Positions 1 through 9,064 of a stretch of 64,000 bases of DNA are shown in pieces. Made by a program: the position numbers and the translations under genes. The first letter of the stretch is position 1; each line of letters starts with the position of its first letter. The notes under the pieces were generated by a model that made no database searches, was not told where the DNA came from, and saw only the letters and a list, made by a program, of their open reading frames with translations. Origin of the DNA: Candidatus Thorarchaeota archaeon (GTDB taxonomy: Archaea; Asgardarchaeota; Thorarchaeia; Thorarchaeales; Thorarchaeaceae); the NCBI GenBank assembly GCA_963726195.1, contig CAVSBO010000003.1, positions 256,001-320,000 on the forward strand, given 5' to 3'.

Positions 1-424
1 CGTTCGCCAAGAAGACCTTCTTCCGTGCAAGCCATCCGCTGTCACTGCGAGTGACCACTGCCACTCCAGCCATTCCAAGTTTCCTGGCATCCTCAAGGCA
101 GATATCCAGTAATCGCGATCCATAGCCCTTACCCTTGTGCCGACCGATGACCCAGAGACAATGTATGAACATGTAGTTCTTGGCGTTAACAGGCCGCCAA
201 GCATACTCTCCAGGAATGTACTCGATGAATCCGAAGGAACCTCTCGGACCTTCGAACCTCTTGAGGTGGAGTAGCTTAATCCGCAATCCCTCTTGAAACC
301 GGTCAGCCAGCCAATCACGCTTCCGTTGATATCCCTCAGACTTGCGCTTGCTCTTGTAACACAGAAAGCCTTGCTCGTCCACGTTGGTGGCGTCGACTGT
401 GATTATCTCAACGTCGTCATCCAT
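1..424 (-). CDS. YoaP-like GNAT family N-acetyltransferase (3' part runs off the window)
   Basis: Manual translation from ATG at 424: MDDDVEIITVDATNVDEQGFLCYKSKRKSEGYQRKRDWLADRFQEG...GFIEYIPGEYAWRPVNAKNYMFIHCLWV...KGKGYGSRLL. It contains the YoaP-type FIEYxPxE and IHCLWV motifs and the GNAT acetyl-CoA motif (GxGYG). Not in the ORF track because it is truncated. Confidence 0.85.
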   Translation of the reverse strand, partial: MDDDVEIITVDATNVDEQGFLCYKSKRKSEGYQRKRDWLADRFQEGLRIKLLHLKRFEGPRGSFGFIEYIPGEYAWRPVNAKNYMFIHCLWVIGRHKGKGYGSRLLDICLEDARKLGMAGVAVVTRSDSGWLARKKVFLAN

Positions 425-693
425 CTCTAAGCAGCCTAGTTCGTTCAAAAAACGCCTAGAGAAAAGGATTTGTCAGAGCACAGGCATCCACGTCTCTCCC
501 GGCGAGATAGGCCTCGGGAACCGTCAAACCCCTCCTTTCTTGCTCAAGCCAATTCACACTGCAGCCGACAGTCTCCGCAAATGCTCCCTCTGTTTTCGTT
601 CCTTTCGCAAGTCATAAGTCTGCAAAGCATAGCAGACACCCAACCATGCTAGTCAATTGAGAACATCCAAACAGACCAAGGATTAGTGGAGTC

Positions 694-1575
694 ATGCTCG
701 AGTACGAAGGAACAATCTGGAGACCACCAAGCGAGGCAGAGAGCCTCATCCTTCAAGCCACAGTTGGTTGTTCTCACAATGCCTGTACGTTCTGTGTTTC
801 TTACAAAGACCGCCCCTTCAGAGTCAGAGGTGCAGAAGGTATCGAAACAGACCTTTCATCCTTGACGCGTAATCAGAAGCTCGGGGTGACAAGAGTCTTC
901 CTTGCCGACGGCAATGCTCTGACGATGGAGACCGAGGAAATGCTGAGCATACTCCGGATTCTGAAAAAGAATCTCCCGAACCTGAACAGAGTGGGCACCT
1001 ATGGTTATGCAAAAGATATCAGAACCAAGTCGGTTGAGCAATTGAAGCAGCTGCGAGACGCAGGTTTGGGAATTGTATACTTCGGTCTAGAGACAGGAGA
1101 CGACGAGATTCTAAGGCGGGTCCGCAAAGGAGTCAGCTCGACAGAGAACGTAGCCGCCTGCAGGAAAATCCGTGAGGCGGGCATTCCCCTGTCCATAACC
1201 ATCATTCTAGGATTGGGTGGTACAGAGCTCTCGGAGCGGCACGCGATTTCTACGGCGAAAGCACTCAACGCGATCGACCCTGACTACATAGGCGCATTGA
1301 CCCTCATGGTTCCCCACGGCACGCCGCTGTTTGAAACAGTCCAGAATGGCGGATTCAAACCGATGGGAGCCTTTGACGTCCTCAAAGAACTCAAGCTCTT
1401 GGTGGAGCATCTGGCACTCACTGAATGCATGTTCAGGACGAATCATGCGTCGAACTATCTCTCTGTCGGGGGAACTCTCAGCCGCGACAAGCAAGCCATG
1501 TTGTCTGTGCTGTCAAGGACCATTTCAGAACGGGACGAGACGGCTCTTCGCCCAAGCTACTTCAGAGGATTATAG
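694..1575 (+). CDS. Radical SAM protein (RPPSEA-type family)
   Basis: CxxxCxxC motif (CSHNACTFC), N-terminal RPPSEAxSLILQ, FLADGNAL, GLETGD, FRTNHASNY. Confidence 0.85.
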   Translation: MLEYEGTIWRPPSEAESLILQATVGCSHNACTFCVSYKDRPFRVRGAEGIETDLSSLTRNQKLGVTRVFLADGNALTMETEEMLSILRILKKNLPNLNRVGTYGYAKDIRTKSVEQLKQLRDAGLGIVYFGLETGDDEILRRVRKGVSSTENVAACRKIREAGIPLSITIILGLGGTELSERHAISTAKALNAIDPDYIGALTLMVPHGTPLFETVQNGGFKPMGAFDVLKELKLLVEHLALTECMFRTNHASNYLSVGGTLSRDKQAMLSVLSRTISERDETALRPSYFRGL

Positions 1576-1692
1576 GCCCATCATTTCTTCTATAGTTGCG
1601 TGAGAAAACCATTCAGAGACCAAATCCCTTGTGAGTCAGGCATAAAAGGAGGGTTGGACACTGGGTAGATGAACAACTCAGGCGGGGTCGCA

Positions 1693-2100
1693 ATGGTCGA
1701 CAAGATATATGTGATAACCTGCAACCAAGACCTAACCAGAATGGGTCTCGACAGAACCAGAACGGCCGTGGGTGGCCTAGAAGAGACAACCATCTCGCTC
1801 GACTGGTCGAGCTCGCGATTGGTACCTGTCATCGCAGCCGACAAGATGCCCTATCAAGTCGGAGAAACAAGAATCATAGGCATCAAACCGATATCAATCC
1901 CGCCATACTCCATGGTGTTCCAGTCATTCTACGGTGCGAATGGCATGGGCCACCTCTTTTGCATAGGTGCCCTTGAGTTCAAGTCGTTTGTCGAAGAGCG
2001 AACTGCAACAGTCGCCATGTTCCAGTCGAGAATCAAGTCTTCAGTACTGCCGGGTGACCTCTTGGGCCAAGTCATGGTCGTTCCCGGAAAGAAAAGATGA
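1693..2100 (+). CDS. DUF22-like archaeal protein
   Basis: GETRIIGIKPISIPP...GHL...GDLLGQV pattern typical of archaeal DUF22. Alternative start at 1669. Confidence 0.6.
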   Translation: MVDKIYVITCNQDLTRMGLDRTRTAVGGLEETTISLDWSSSRLVPVIAADKMPYQVGETRIIGIKPISIPPYSMVFQSFYGANGMGHLFCIGALEFKSFVEERTATVAMFQSRIKSSVLPGDLLGQVMVVPGKKR

Positions 2101-2141
2101 GACCGTCCGTCTGTGCAGCACAGTGGCAATAGTAGAGCTCA

Positions 2142-2441
2142 TCAGAGCGAAACCACTCGGTCGTATCGCTCCATGATCAGATCAATCATTTCAGGATAGC
2201 CTACGAGATCAACGCCCGGTATTAGCCTACCACCGATGCCCCTCTCCGTCACATGTACCCGAGATGCGTGGACTGCAACACCTAGTTTCTGAATGCCCTT
2301 GGAGAGAGGGTTGCCTTTGTCAGCCTGAAAGACTCCGTCTTGCACCAAGAGAAGTCCAGCCTCAGTTCCCTGCTTCTTCAGGCCTTCGACGATCTCGCTC
2401 AGACATGAGCACTCCCCCGCCAGCCAGATTAGTACTTTCAT
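2142..2441 (-). CDS. dsrH: DsrH/TusB-family sulfur relay protein
   Basis: LLLVQDGV, ERG and VGYPEMIDLI...VVS motifs; last gene of a DsrE-F-H-like trio. Confidence 0.75.
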   Translation of the reverse strand: MKVLIWLAGECSCLSEIVEGLKKQGTEAGLLLVQDGVFQADKGNPLSKGIQKLGVAVHASRVHVTERGIGGRLIPGVDLVGYPEMIDLIMERYDRVVSL

Positions 2442-2457
2442 TGTGCTTTCTCTCCTC

Positions 2458-2807
2458 TCAGAAGGTCAGGACTATCTCGTTCTCGTTCAGCAACGCGCCA
2501 ATACCTGCAGTGTCAAGCACATCCACTTCCTCGAAGAGCTCCTCGCGCGTAATGCCTCTCTCTTCCAGAATATCTTGCTCGCACACTTGCGGCCTCCGAA
2601 ACCCTCGTACGTCGACTTGAACATGCGAATGGGTTTGTCATCAGCAGCTTTCATCAGAGAATACACCCCGTCGCCCATGAACAGGAGAGTGGGTTGATGG
2701 TCCATTCCATACATCCCAACAGCGGCCCGCCAGCCCTCGAAGTTGGCAATCTTCCCGTAAGGTTTGCTGCGCACTAGAACTAGGATCTTCCGTTCTTTGA
2801 ACTGCAC
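2458..2807 (-). CDS. dsrF: DsrF/TusC-family protein (apparent frameshift at ~2575)
   Basis: SKPYG...EGWR...LLFMGDGVYSL; after a frame switch it continues LEERGITREELFEEVDVLDTAGIGALLNENEIVLTF to TGA at 2458-2460. Confidence 0.75.
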
Positions 2808-2819
2808 CTCACCATCCTC

Positions 2820-3185
2820 CTAGATCGTGAACGTGATGAATCTGTCACACTGACCAACGATTTCTCCAAATTCAGTGAGGCCGGACACAGTCACACCTTG
2901 GGTAAAGTCACTGCCATCTTGAACAAACCCTCGGGCGGAGGTGCAGAGACCACAGGCTTGGAACTCTACGCCTGCGTCTGCAAGCTCTTGAAACATCTGA
3001 TTCATAGGTCGCTCAGGATCCGGATCCTGATTCAGCTTGGCATTATTCACCCCATCTATGAACAGAAACACCTTGACCTTGTATCCCTTAGTCAGGGCAG
3101 CCTTCGCCAACTCATACAGAGTTCGGCTATTCTGAAAAGTGTAAGGTCCGGTTTGAAGTAAGAAGCCTAGAGTCTTGGTCTCCAC
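2820..3185 (-). CDS. dsrE: DsrE/TusD-family sulfur relay protein
   Basis: TGPY, VFLFIDGV, ACGLCxxARG (active-site Cys) and SGL...CDRFITF motifs. Confidence 0.85.
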   Translation of the reverse strand: METKTLGFLLQTGPYTFQNSRTLYELAKAALTKGYKVKVFLFIDGVNNAKLNQDPDPERPMNQMFQELADAGVEFQACGLCTSARGFVQDGSDFTQGVTVSGLTEFGEIVGQCDRFITFTI

Positions 3186-3301
3186 GGTAAATCGACCTCG
3201 CTGGCATGAGCGGCGCTAACCTCTCAGTTAAAAACCAATCCAAAACCAAAAGAGCATGATAATGTCAGTGCTTTTGCACCCCTGGGGCGGGATTCCGGTA
3301 G

Positions 3302-4372
3302 ATGACCAAGACGACTATATCATATCACACCAAAGACGGTGGAGTGAGGCAGGCCGAGTTCGAGGATAACACGACTTCCTTCGATCTCAGTCGCCTACAA
3401 GCAGTGGACATTGACCTAGGTCCGATTTCCGAGGCCGCCAACCTAGAGGAGCTTCTGCTGGCCTCCAACAAGCTGAAGGCCGTCGACCTGACGCCTCTTG
3501 CAGACTGTGCGAGCCTCCAAGTGCTCAGCCTTCTGAAAAATCGTCTGCAGGACCTCAGTCTCAAGGGACTTGAGGGATGCACCGCTCTTAGGGAACTGAA
3601 TCTTGGCGGCAATGAACTCAAGAGGATTGATCTTAGCCCGCTTGGCAAGTCTGTCAATCTTGAGCGACTTAGGATGTTCGGTAACCAGATAGAGAAGCTC
3701 GACCTCAAGCCATTGTCGAAATGCACGAGCCTTCAGTACTTAGAACTTGAAACGAATCATCTTGAGAAGGTTGACTTGGGTCCGTTGCGTGAGTGCCGCA
3801 ACCTCGTGCAACTGAACTTGATGTACAATTCGCTGACCGAGATTAATCTCGGACCGCTCAAGGCGTGCACCAAGCTAAAGTTCCTGTACGTACAACACAA
3901 CGCCCTCAGTACTCTGGACCTGAGCCCGCTTGAGACCTGCAAAGATCTCACCATCTTGAGATTGGGCAACAATGACATTAAGTCAATAGACTTGGAACCG
4001 CTATGGAAGTGCGCTGGGCTGAGGCGGCTTGAGCTGGCAATGAACAATCTTCAGTCGATCGACCTCACGCCGCTTTCAAGCTGTACGGAGCTTAGGGGAT
4101 TGGACATTGCCGGGAATCTTCTCACAACGATAGACCTCACGCCCCTGTCCGACTGTGAGGCTCTTGAGGAGTTGTACCTCTACTCTGACCATCCCCACGA
4201 GAATCAGTTCACAGAATTGGACCTGACACCTCTCTTCTCGTGCAAGAACCTTGAAGACGTGGGCCTACCTGAATCGGTCGACCTGACCGCTGAATCAACC
4301 GCAAAGGGGCGGAAGGATATTCCATCTGCTCTCAGAGAGCTAATTGATGAAGATAGAATAAGCTGGACCTAG
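3302..4372 (+). CDS. Leucine-rich repeat protein (22-aa LxxLxLxxNxLxxIDLxPL repeats)
   Basis: About 12 consecutive 22-residue LRRs, a type abundant in Thorarchaeia-like genomes. Confidence 0.9.
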   Translation: MTKTTISYHTKDGGVRQAEFEDNTTSFDLSRLQAVDIDLGPISEAANLEELLLASNKLKAVDLTPLADCASLQVLSLLKNRLQDLSLKGLEGCTALRELNLGGNELKRIDLSPLGKSVNLERLRMFGNQIEKLDLKPLSKCTSLQYLELETNHLEKVDLGPLRECRNLVQLNLMYNSLTEINLGPLKACTKLKFLYVQHNALSTLDLSPLETCKDLTILRLGNNDIKSIDLEPLWKCAGLRRLELAMNNLQSIDLTPLSSCTELRGLDIAGNLLTTIDLTPLSDCEALEELYLYSDHPHENQFTELDLTPLFSCKNLEDVGLPESVDLTAESTAKGRKDIPSALRELIDEDRISWT

Positions 4373-4587
4373 TAGGACTACTCGCAAGGACTCTATGTAG
4401 TCGCGGCTTTGTTCAATGGCGCAATTATCGAGAATGCTTTTTCATCGCGACAACAATCGAAGTCTCATTCGGCGCGTTTTCCAAGTCCCATTCAGGAGCT
4501 GCAATGCTCTCTCCGTCAATGATATATACCGAGATAACACGGCGGCCAATATCGGGCTTAAATGGCCTAGTACGTTGTGCATGGTGA

Positions 4588-4821
4588 ATGCAAATGTCGA
4601 CCATAGATCTTCGTGCGAAAGAGCTGAAGAGACTTGCCTCTCTCTATGAAGAATATCTCAATTCGCCTTTGGGGAAGGGAGTACTGGATAGGTTGCGAGA
4701 GGGCGAGTCCTTCATGATGAAGACACAAGATGATGTCATCCGGTTCACGAAGACACAAGGCAAAGCAGTGGTCTATGTCACGAAGACTAGCCCGCAAACC
4801 GGGCAGTCACTTACTCGTTAG
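4588..4821 (+). CDS. Small hypothetical protein
   Basis: Plausible 75-77 aa alpha/beta ORF with GGTGA RBS-like sequence upstream; fills the gap between flanking genes. Confidence 0.55.
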   Translation: MQMSTIDLRAKELKRLASLYEEYLNSPLGKGVLDRLREGESFMMKTQDDVIRFTKTQGKAVVYVTKTSPQTGQSLTR

Positions 4822-5634
4822 TTGATACCTTCCGAGCCACGAAGAGAAGGTAAGCGGCGCGGCGGTTTGCAGGACTGTGCCAGCGCATCAGAGATTCTGT
4901 TCTCGCCACTAGACTCTGCATGATGCCAAAGGCCTCAGAATCTGAGTGTATGTAAGAAGGCCTGACTAGATAGAACACGCCTCCGCTGTCTATCAGACGA
5001 AAACCAGAGTCGCTCAGTGCGTCTTCAACCTCATTGCGGTCAAAGAATCGCGTCCACACTGATTTTCCTACCTCCTTCATTTCGAGCTCTTCCAAACAGT
5101 CCTAGCACCGTGCGACTTTGCCTGGGCATGACGAAGGCCCAGTCTGTTTGCTAGAGAAAAGAAGAGCCAGCCCCTAGCGGAGAGAACATGGTTCAACCCC
5201 TGCAAAGCTCTTGTCAGGTTCTTTACGTGATTGAAGGCCCCGAAGGTTGAGTATGCAAAATCGAACGCACCCAACATAGGAGGCAAGTCTTCTATGTTTG
5301 CAGCATGAAATTGAGTTCGCGATTCCACGCCAGCGTCTTCGGCCTTGAGCCGAGCTATGGATATCATGTCCGGTGATATGTCAACACCAACCACTTCATT
5401 GCCAAGATTCGCAAGCCTGGCTGCTAGAGACCCTGTGCCACAGCCCAAGTCGAGTAACCTTAGGCGTCTTCCCTTTGTGTACCTGCTGATAACTGACCAC
5501 TCAACCTGCTTCATGTACTCGATGCTGGGGTTTCTATACTTCAGGTCGTAGATAGGGGCTAGGCTGTCGTAGAACTGTATGAGGTTCTTCTGAAGTGCTT
5601 CCTCGGAAGGTTCTGCCAACATACCGTTCTCCAT
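4811..5634 (-). CDS. Class I SAM-dependent methyltransferase (apparent frameshift at ~5090)
   Basis: LLDLGCGTG, GVDISPDMI and FDFAYSTFGAFNH motifs. ORFs 5077-5634 and 4811-5095 join as ...TVW(K)ELEMKEVG... Confidence 0.8.
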
Positions 5635-5718
5635 ACTACCTGTTGTCCTGCAGCATTCTGACCTATCAAAGTGAATATATGTCTGAGCGCCATTAAGCTA
5701 CCGACAGGTTGGATACCC

Positions 5719-6372
5719 TTGGTAGTCGAGATAGATGAGCCAACAAAACTGCAGTTGCAGCAGATACTGAGCGGCCTTGACCACGAAGTCACTCTTCACT
5801 TGTTCACAGATGGCGCAGAGTGCTTGTTCTGCAATGACACAAAGGACCTAGTGAACAAGATATCTGCGCTTTCAGAGAAGATCAAGGTTGTGCCGCATGA
5901 GGGCCCTCCGAAGAAAGGAAAGAACCCCTTGGGTGTTCAACGAACTCCCGCGATTGTCATGCATGGCGTAGAGGAGTACAAAGTGAAGTACTTCGGTATT
6001 CCCGTTGGCCACGAATTCGGTGCTTTCGTTACGGGCATTGTTGACGTTTCAACCCGTGCAATCGCGCTTGCATCAGACATTGCGGAGGACATCAAGGCCA
6101 TTGCGAAGCCAGTCAATGTGAAAGTGTTTACGACCCCGCAGTGCCCGTATTGTCCTCAGATGGTGAGACTCACTTGGCAGGCTGCGATTCTCAATCCCCT
6201 CATAGAAGGGGAGGTTTACGAGTCCCTCGAGTTCCAAGATTTGGTAAAACGATACGAAGTCTTCGGAACTCCCAAGACTGTCATCAATGACAAAATCATG
6301 TTGGAGGGATTGGTCCAGCCTGGAGTGTTCGTCGATAAACTGTACGAAGCGGCCGGTGGGGGCGGCGCCTAA
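5719..6372 (+). CDS. Protein disulfide oxidoreductase (PDO, two thioredoxin folds, AhpF-NTD-like)
   Basis: Two CxxC motifs (CLFC, CPYC), GIPVGHEF, cis-Pro VFGTP. TTG start at 5719 is likely. Confidence 0.9.
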   Translation: MVVEIDEPTKLQLQQILSGLDHEVTLHLFTDGAECLFCNDTKDLVNKISALSEKIKVVPHEGPPKKGKNPLGVQRTPAIVMHGVEEYKVKYFGIPVGHEFGAFVTGIVDVSTRAIALASDIAEDIKAIAKPVNVKVFTTPQCPYCPQMVRLTWQAAILNPLIEGEVYESLEFQDLVKRYEVFGTPKTVINDKIMLEGLVQPGVFVDKLYEAAGGGGA

Positions 6373-6465
6373 CTGCAGAGCTCTGGTAGATGTTCACCGA
6401 CTGCAAATCCACAACTCTTCTGCACGCTTCTGCCTCGGACTCTCGAAAAAGTCGCTACTCCACAA

Positions 6466-7404
6466 TCACTCAGACTGTTGACATGTGAAGACGAACTCAT
6501 GCTCGTTCACATAACGGTATGCTTGGTATGCGGCGTGAACGCCCTCTGCGACTCCCGTTATGGCTTGTTTGAACTCAGTATCAGCAACGTCACCTGCTGC
6601 GAAGACGCCAGGCACGTTCGTACGACTTGAACGGTCAATGATGATTTCGCCGTTCTGGTTCAGCGCGACGCCAAGCTTCTTTGCCAAGTGCGAAACTGGG
6701 ATTCCACCAATCGATATGAACAGACCCTGAACGCTTAGATTGCTGCTTCCATCGAACGCCTTGTCCAGCTTGACAGACTTTACGCTTTGATCTCCTTGAA
6801 CTGCGGTCACGTTTGTGCCGGTGATAACCTGTATCTTCGGCTCCTTCTCGACACGAGCACCATTAATCGGCTCGGGCCTTATTCTCTCGCCGCGATATAT
6901 CATGTAGACTTTCTTGCATTGGCGCGCAAGCAAGAGGGCCTCCTTTGCTGCGCTGTCGCTTCCACCTACAACGGCCACGACCTTGTCCTTGAACAGTGGA
7001 GCATCACACAACGCACAATATGAGATTCCTTTGTTTCTGAATTCATTGTGGCCCGGGACCTCAAGCTCTCTTTCCTTCATACCTGTCGCAATCAGGACTG
7101 ACTTCGCCAAGAACGTCTTGCTCCCCGTTACCACATACAGCAGCCCTTCCTTGCTTCTGAAGAGATCCTCGACCTTCACTGATTCCGTGTCTACTGGATA
7201 ACCTAGTGCATGTGTCTTCAGTTTCTCGGCGAGTTCCTTGCCGGTAAGCTGGGCGAAGCCGGGATAGTTCGCCACGTCGTCAGTTAGTGTGATCTTGCCT
7301 CCCTCGATTTCACCGATCACAATGCATGACATGCTCAGCCGCGCTGCGTACATCGCAGCCGCATACCCTGTAACACCTGCACCGATTACAGCGAAGTCGT
7401 ACAC
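6466..7404 (-). CDS. trxB: Thioredoxin reductase (NADPH-type)
   Basis: GAGVTG FAD motif, NYPG, GISYCALCD, VVGGSDSA, YRGERIR, GVFAAGD, QAITG. Confidence 0.9.
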   Translation of the reverse strand: MYDFAVIGAGVTGYAAAMYAARLSMSCIVIGEIEGGKITLTDDVANYPGFAQLTGKELAEKLKTHALGYPVDTESVKVEDLFRSKEGLLYVVTGSKTFLAKSVLIATGMKERELEVPGHNEFRNKGISYCALCDAPLFKDKVVAVVGGSDSAAKEALLLARQCKKVYMIYRGERIRPEPINGARVEKEPKIQVITGTNVTAVQGDQSVKSVKLDKAFDGSSNLSVQGLFISIGGIPVSHLAKKLGVALNQNGEIIIDRSSRTNVPGVFAAGDVADTEFKQAITGVAEGVHAAYQAYRYVNEHEFVFTCQQSE

Positions 7405-7406
7405 AG

Positions 7407-7652
7407 CTACTTTCCTCCAAGCTTTCTTTCCAATCTTCGTTGAACACGAGAGTCAAAACCGATGAAGACCTCGCCATCGATTAGTGCAACTGGCACAGCC
7501 CTCTGTTTGCTAACTGCAATAAGCTCGGCAAGAGAATCAGGATTTGTTAGGACGCACTTCTCTTCAAGGGTGACGCCCTTGTCAGAAAGAAACTTCTTCA
7601 TTCTCTTTGAATGAGGACACTGCGGCGCGGTATAGATGACTCCTTTGACCAT
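7407..7652 (-). CDS. Glutaredoxin/NrdH-like protein (monothiol CPHS)
   Basis: IYTAPQCPHS...KKFL, AVPV, FIGFD; translationally adjacent to trxB. Confidence 0.8.
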   Translation of the reverse strand: MVKGVIYTAPQCPHSKRMKKFLSDKGVTLEEKCVLTNPDSLAELIAVSKQRAVPVALIDGEVFIGFDSRVQRRLERKLGGK

Positions 7653-7825
7653 GGTGGCACGCTCCATGTGAGGAACAACAATCAGAATTGCGGATGATGG
7701 CTCAGAAAGATGGAGCATGCACTGTCAGATATATCTTATGAAAAAGACTAGTAGCGCGGCCGATAGGTAAACATCTTAAGACCGAGCACTATTGGCAAGT
7801 ACAGCTAACCTCCGGAGGACCAGAG

Positions 7826-8302
7826 ATGGACAAAACACAGACACTTGCCTTCATTACAAAGGCAATCGAGATGGAGAACAAGATTCTAGCCGTCGTTGAA
7901 CAGAACACGGCAAAGCTAGGCCACGTCTTTGTGAAGGACCTGCTGCTTGCAATCGCACAGGATTCCAAGAAACATGCTGCACTCTTGAAATCACTCCAAG
8001 AAGCGGTTAAGGGCCCGACGCCTTTCATAACACAGCGAGAGCGTGATTCCATCGCCAAGGGCATCGAGGAACACATCAAACTTGAAGCAAAGGCTGTGGA
8101 AACCTATGGAGAACTCGCTGACAAGAGCGACAGTCAGCAGGTGAAAATCATCGCCCAGTTAATCAGAGAGGACGAACTCAGGCACCATGCTATGCTCAAG
8201 GAACTACACAAGACAGTCATTGAACCTGAGACCCTGACGGAAGACATTATCTACGAACTCATATGGAAAGACGCACCTTGGCATGGAACGCCAGGTGGCT
8301 AA
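7826..8302 (+). CDS. Ferritin-like (rubrerythrin-fold) diiron protein
   Basis: E...DSKKH, E...DELRHH diiron-type motifs; C-terminal WKDAPWHGTPGG. Confidence 0.8.
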   Translation: MDKTQTLAFITKAIEMENKILAVVEQNTAKLGHVFVKDLLLAIAQDSKKHAALLKSLQEAVKGPTPFITQRERDSIAKGIEEHIKLEAKAVETYGELADKSDSQQVKIIAQLIREDELRHHAMLKELHKTVIEPETLTEDIIYELIWKDAPWHGTPGG

Positions 8303-8480
8303 GGACTGACCCTCGGCCAATCGCCTCGCTCAACCAATCGCAAGAGACCACAATCGTGGTGAATCTCCATAAAGGAAGACAGCAGCATCGTTTGTCGTGC
8401 GACGTAGGAGAACGTCGTTCCTGAGGGAGTTGGACCCCAATCTGCCCTCACATTATCGCACGAATGAAGACGAGTGTTTG

Positions 8481-9029
8481 TTATTTAGTTCCACAAGCGT
8501 TGTCAATCATCTCTCTGAACATGAGATCAAGCTGTTGAATTCCGACACCGGTCTTGGCTGATATGAGAGCTGACTGAGTCCCGAACTTCTTGCAGAAATC
8601 GTCCATCTCCTTCTCAACTTCCTGCAGAGAACCGGGTTTCAGGTCAATCTTGTTTCCGACAAGAATGAACCGTTTGCCGTCTCCCTTCGCAAAATCGAAT
8701 GAACCATTTTTCTCCACTGTTGGTACCCAGTAGTTGTATAGACTCTCTAGACTGGACATCCGTGTGACATCAAAGAAGAACAGACCAATCTTGGCGCCCT
8801 TGATCATGGTCTTCAGAGTCTCAATGAAACGTTCTTGGCCGCCGAAGTCCCAGATGCTGAGAACACATTCGCCTCCAGCAGGTGTCGTGATCTTCATAGT
8901 ATCGAACGAGGCACCTATCGTCGTCTTCAGCAACATGGGGTCAGGGAAGGTTCCCCTTGTCCACCTTGACGTGAATGAGGTCTTGCCGACTTCTGTATCT
9001 CCGAGAACGACGACCTTGATGATGCCCAT
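8481..9029 (-). CDS. Rab/Ras-like small GTPase
   Basis: G1 GDTEVGKT, G2 TTIG, G3 WDFGGQ, G4 NKID, G5 SAK. The real start is probably ATG at 9029; the longer track ORF overlaps the upstream gene. Confidence 0.92.
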   Translation of the reverse strand: MGIIKVVVLGDTEVGKTSFTSRWTRGTFPDPMLLKTTIGASFDTMKITTPAGGECVLSIWDFGGQERFIETLKTMIKGAKIGLFFFDVTRMSSLESLYNYWVPTVEKNGSFDFAKGDGKRFILVGNKIDLKPGSLQEVEKEMDDFCKKFGTQSALISAKTGVGIQQLDLMFREMIDNACGTK

Positions 9030-9064
9030 AGCCGATTCCACGCTCGCCCGGCAACCCGATTCTA

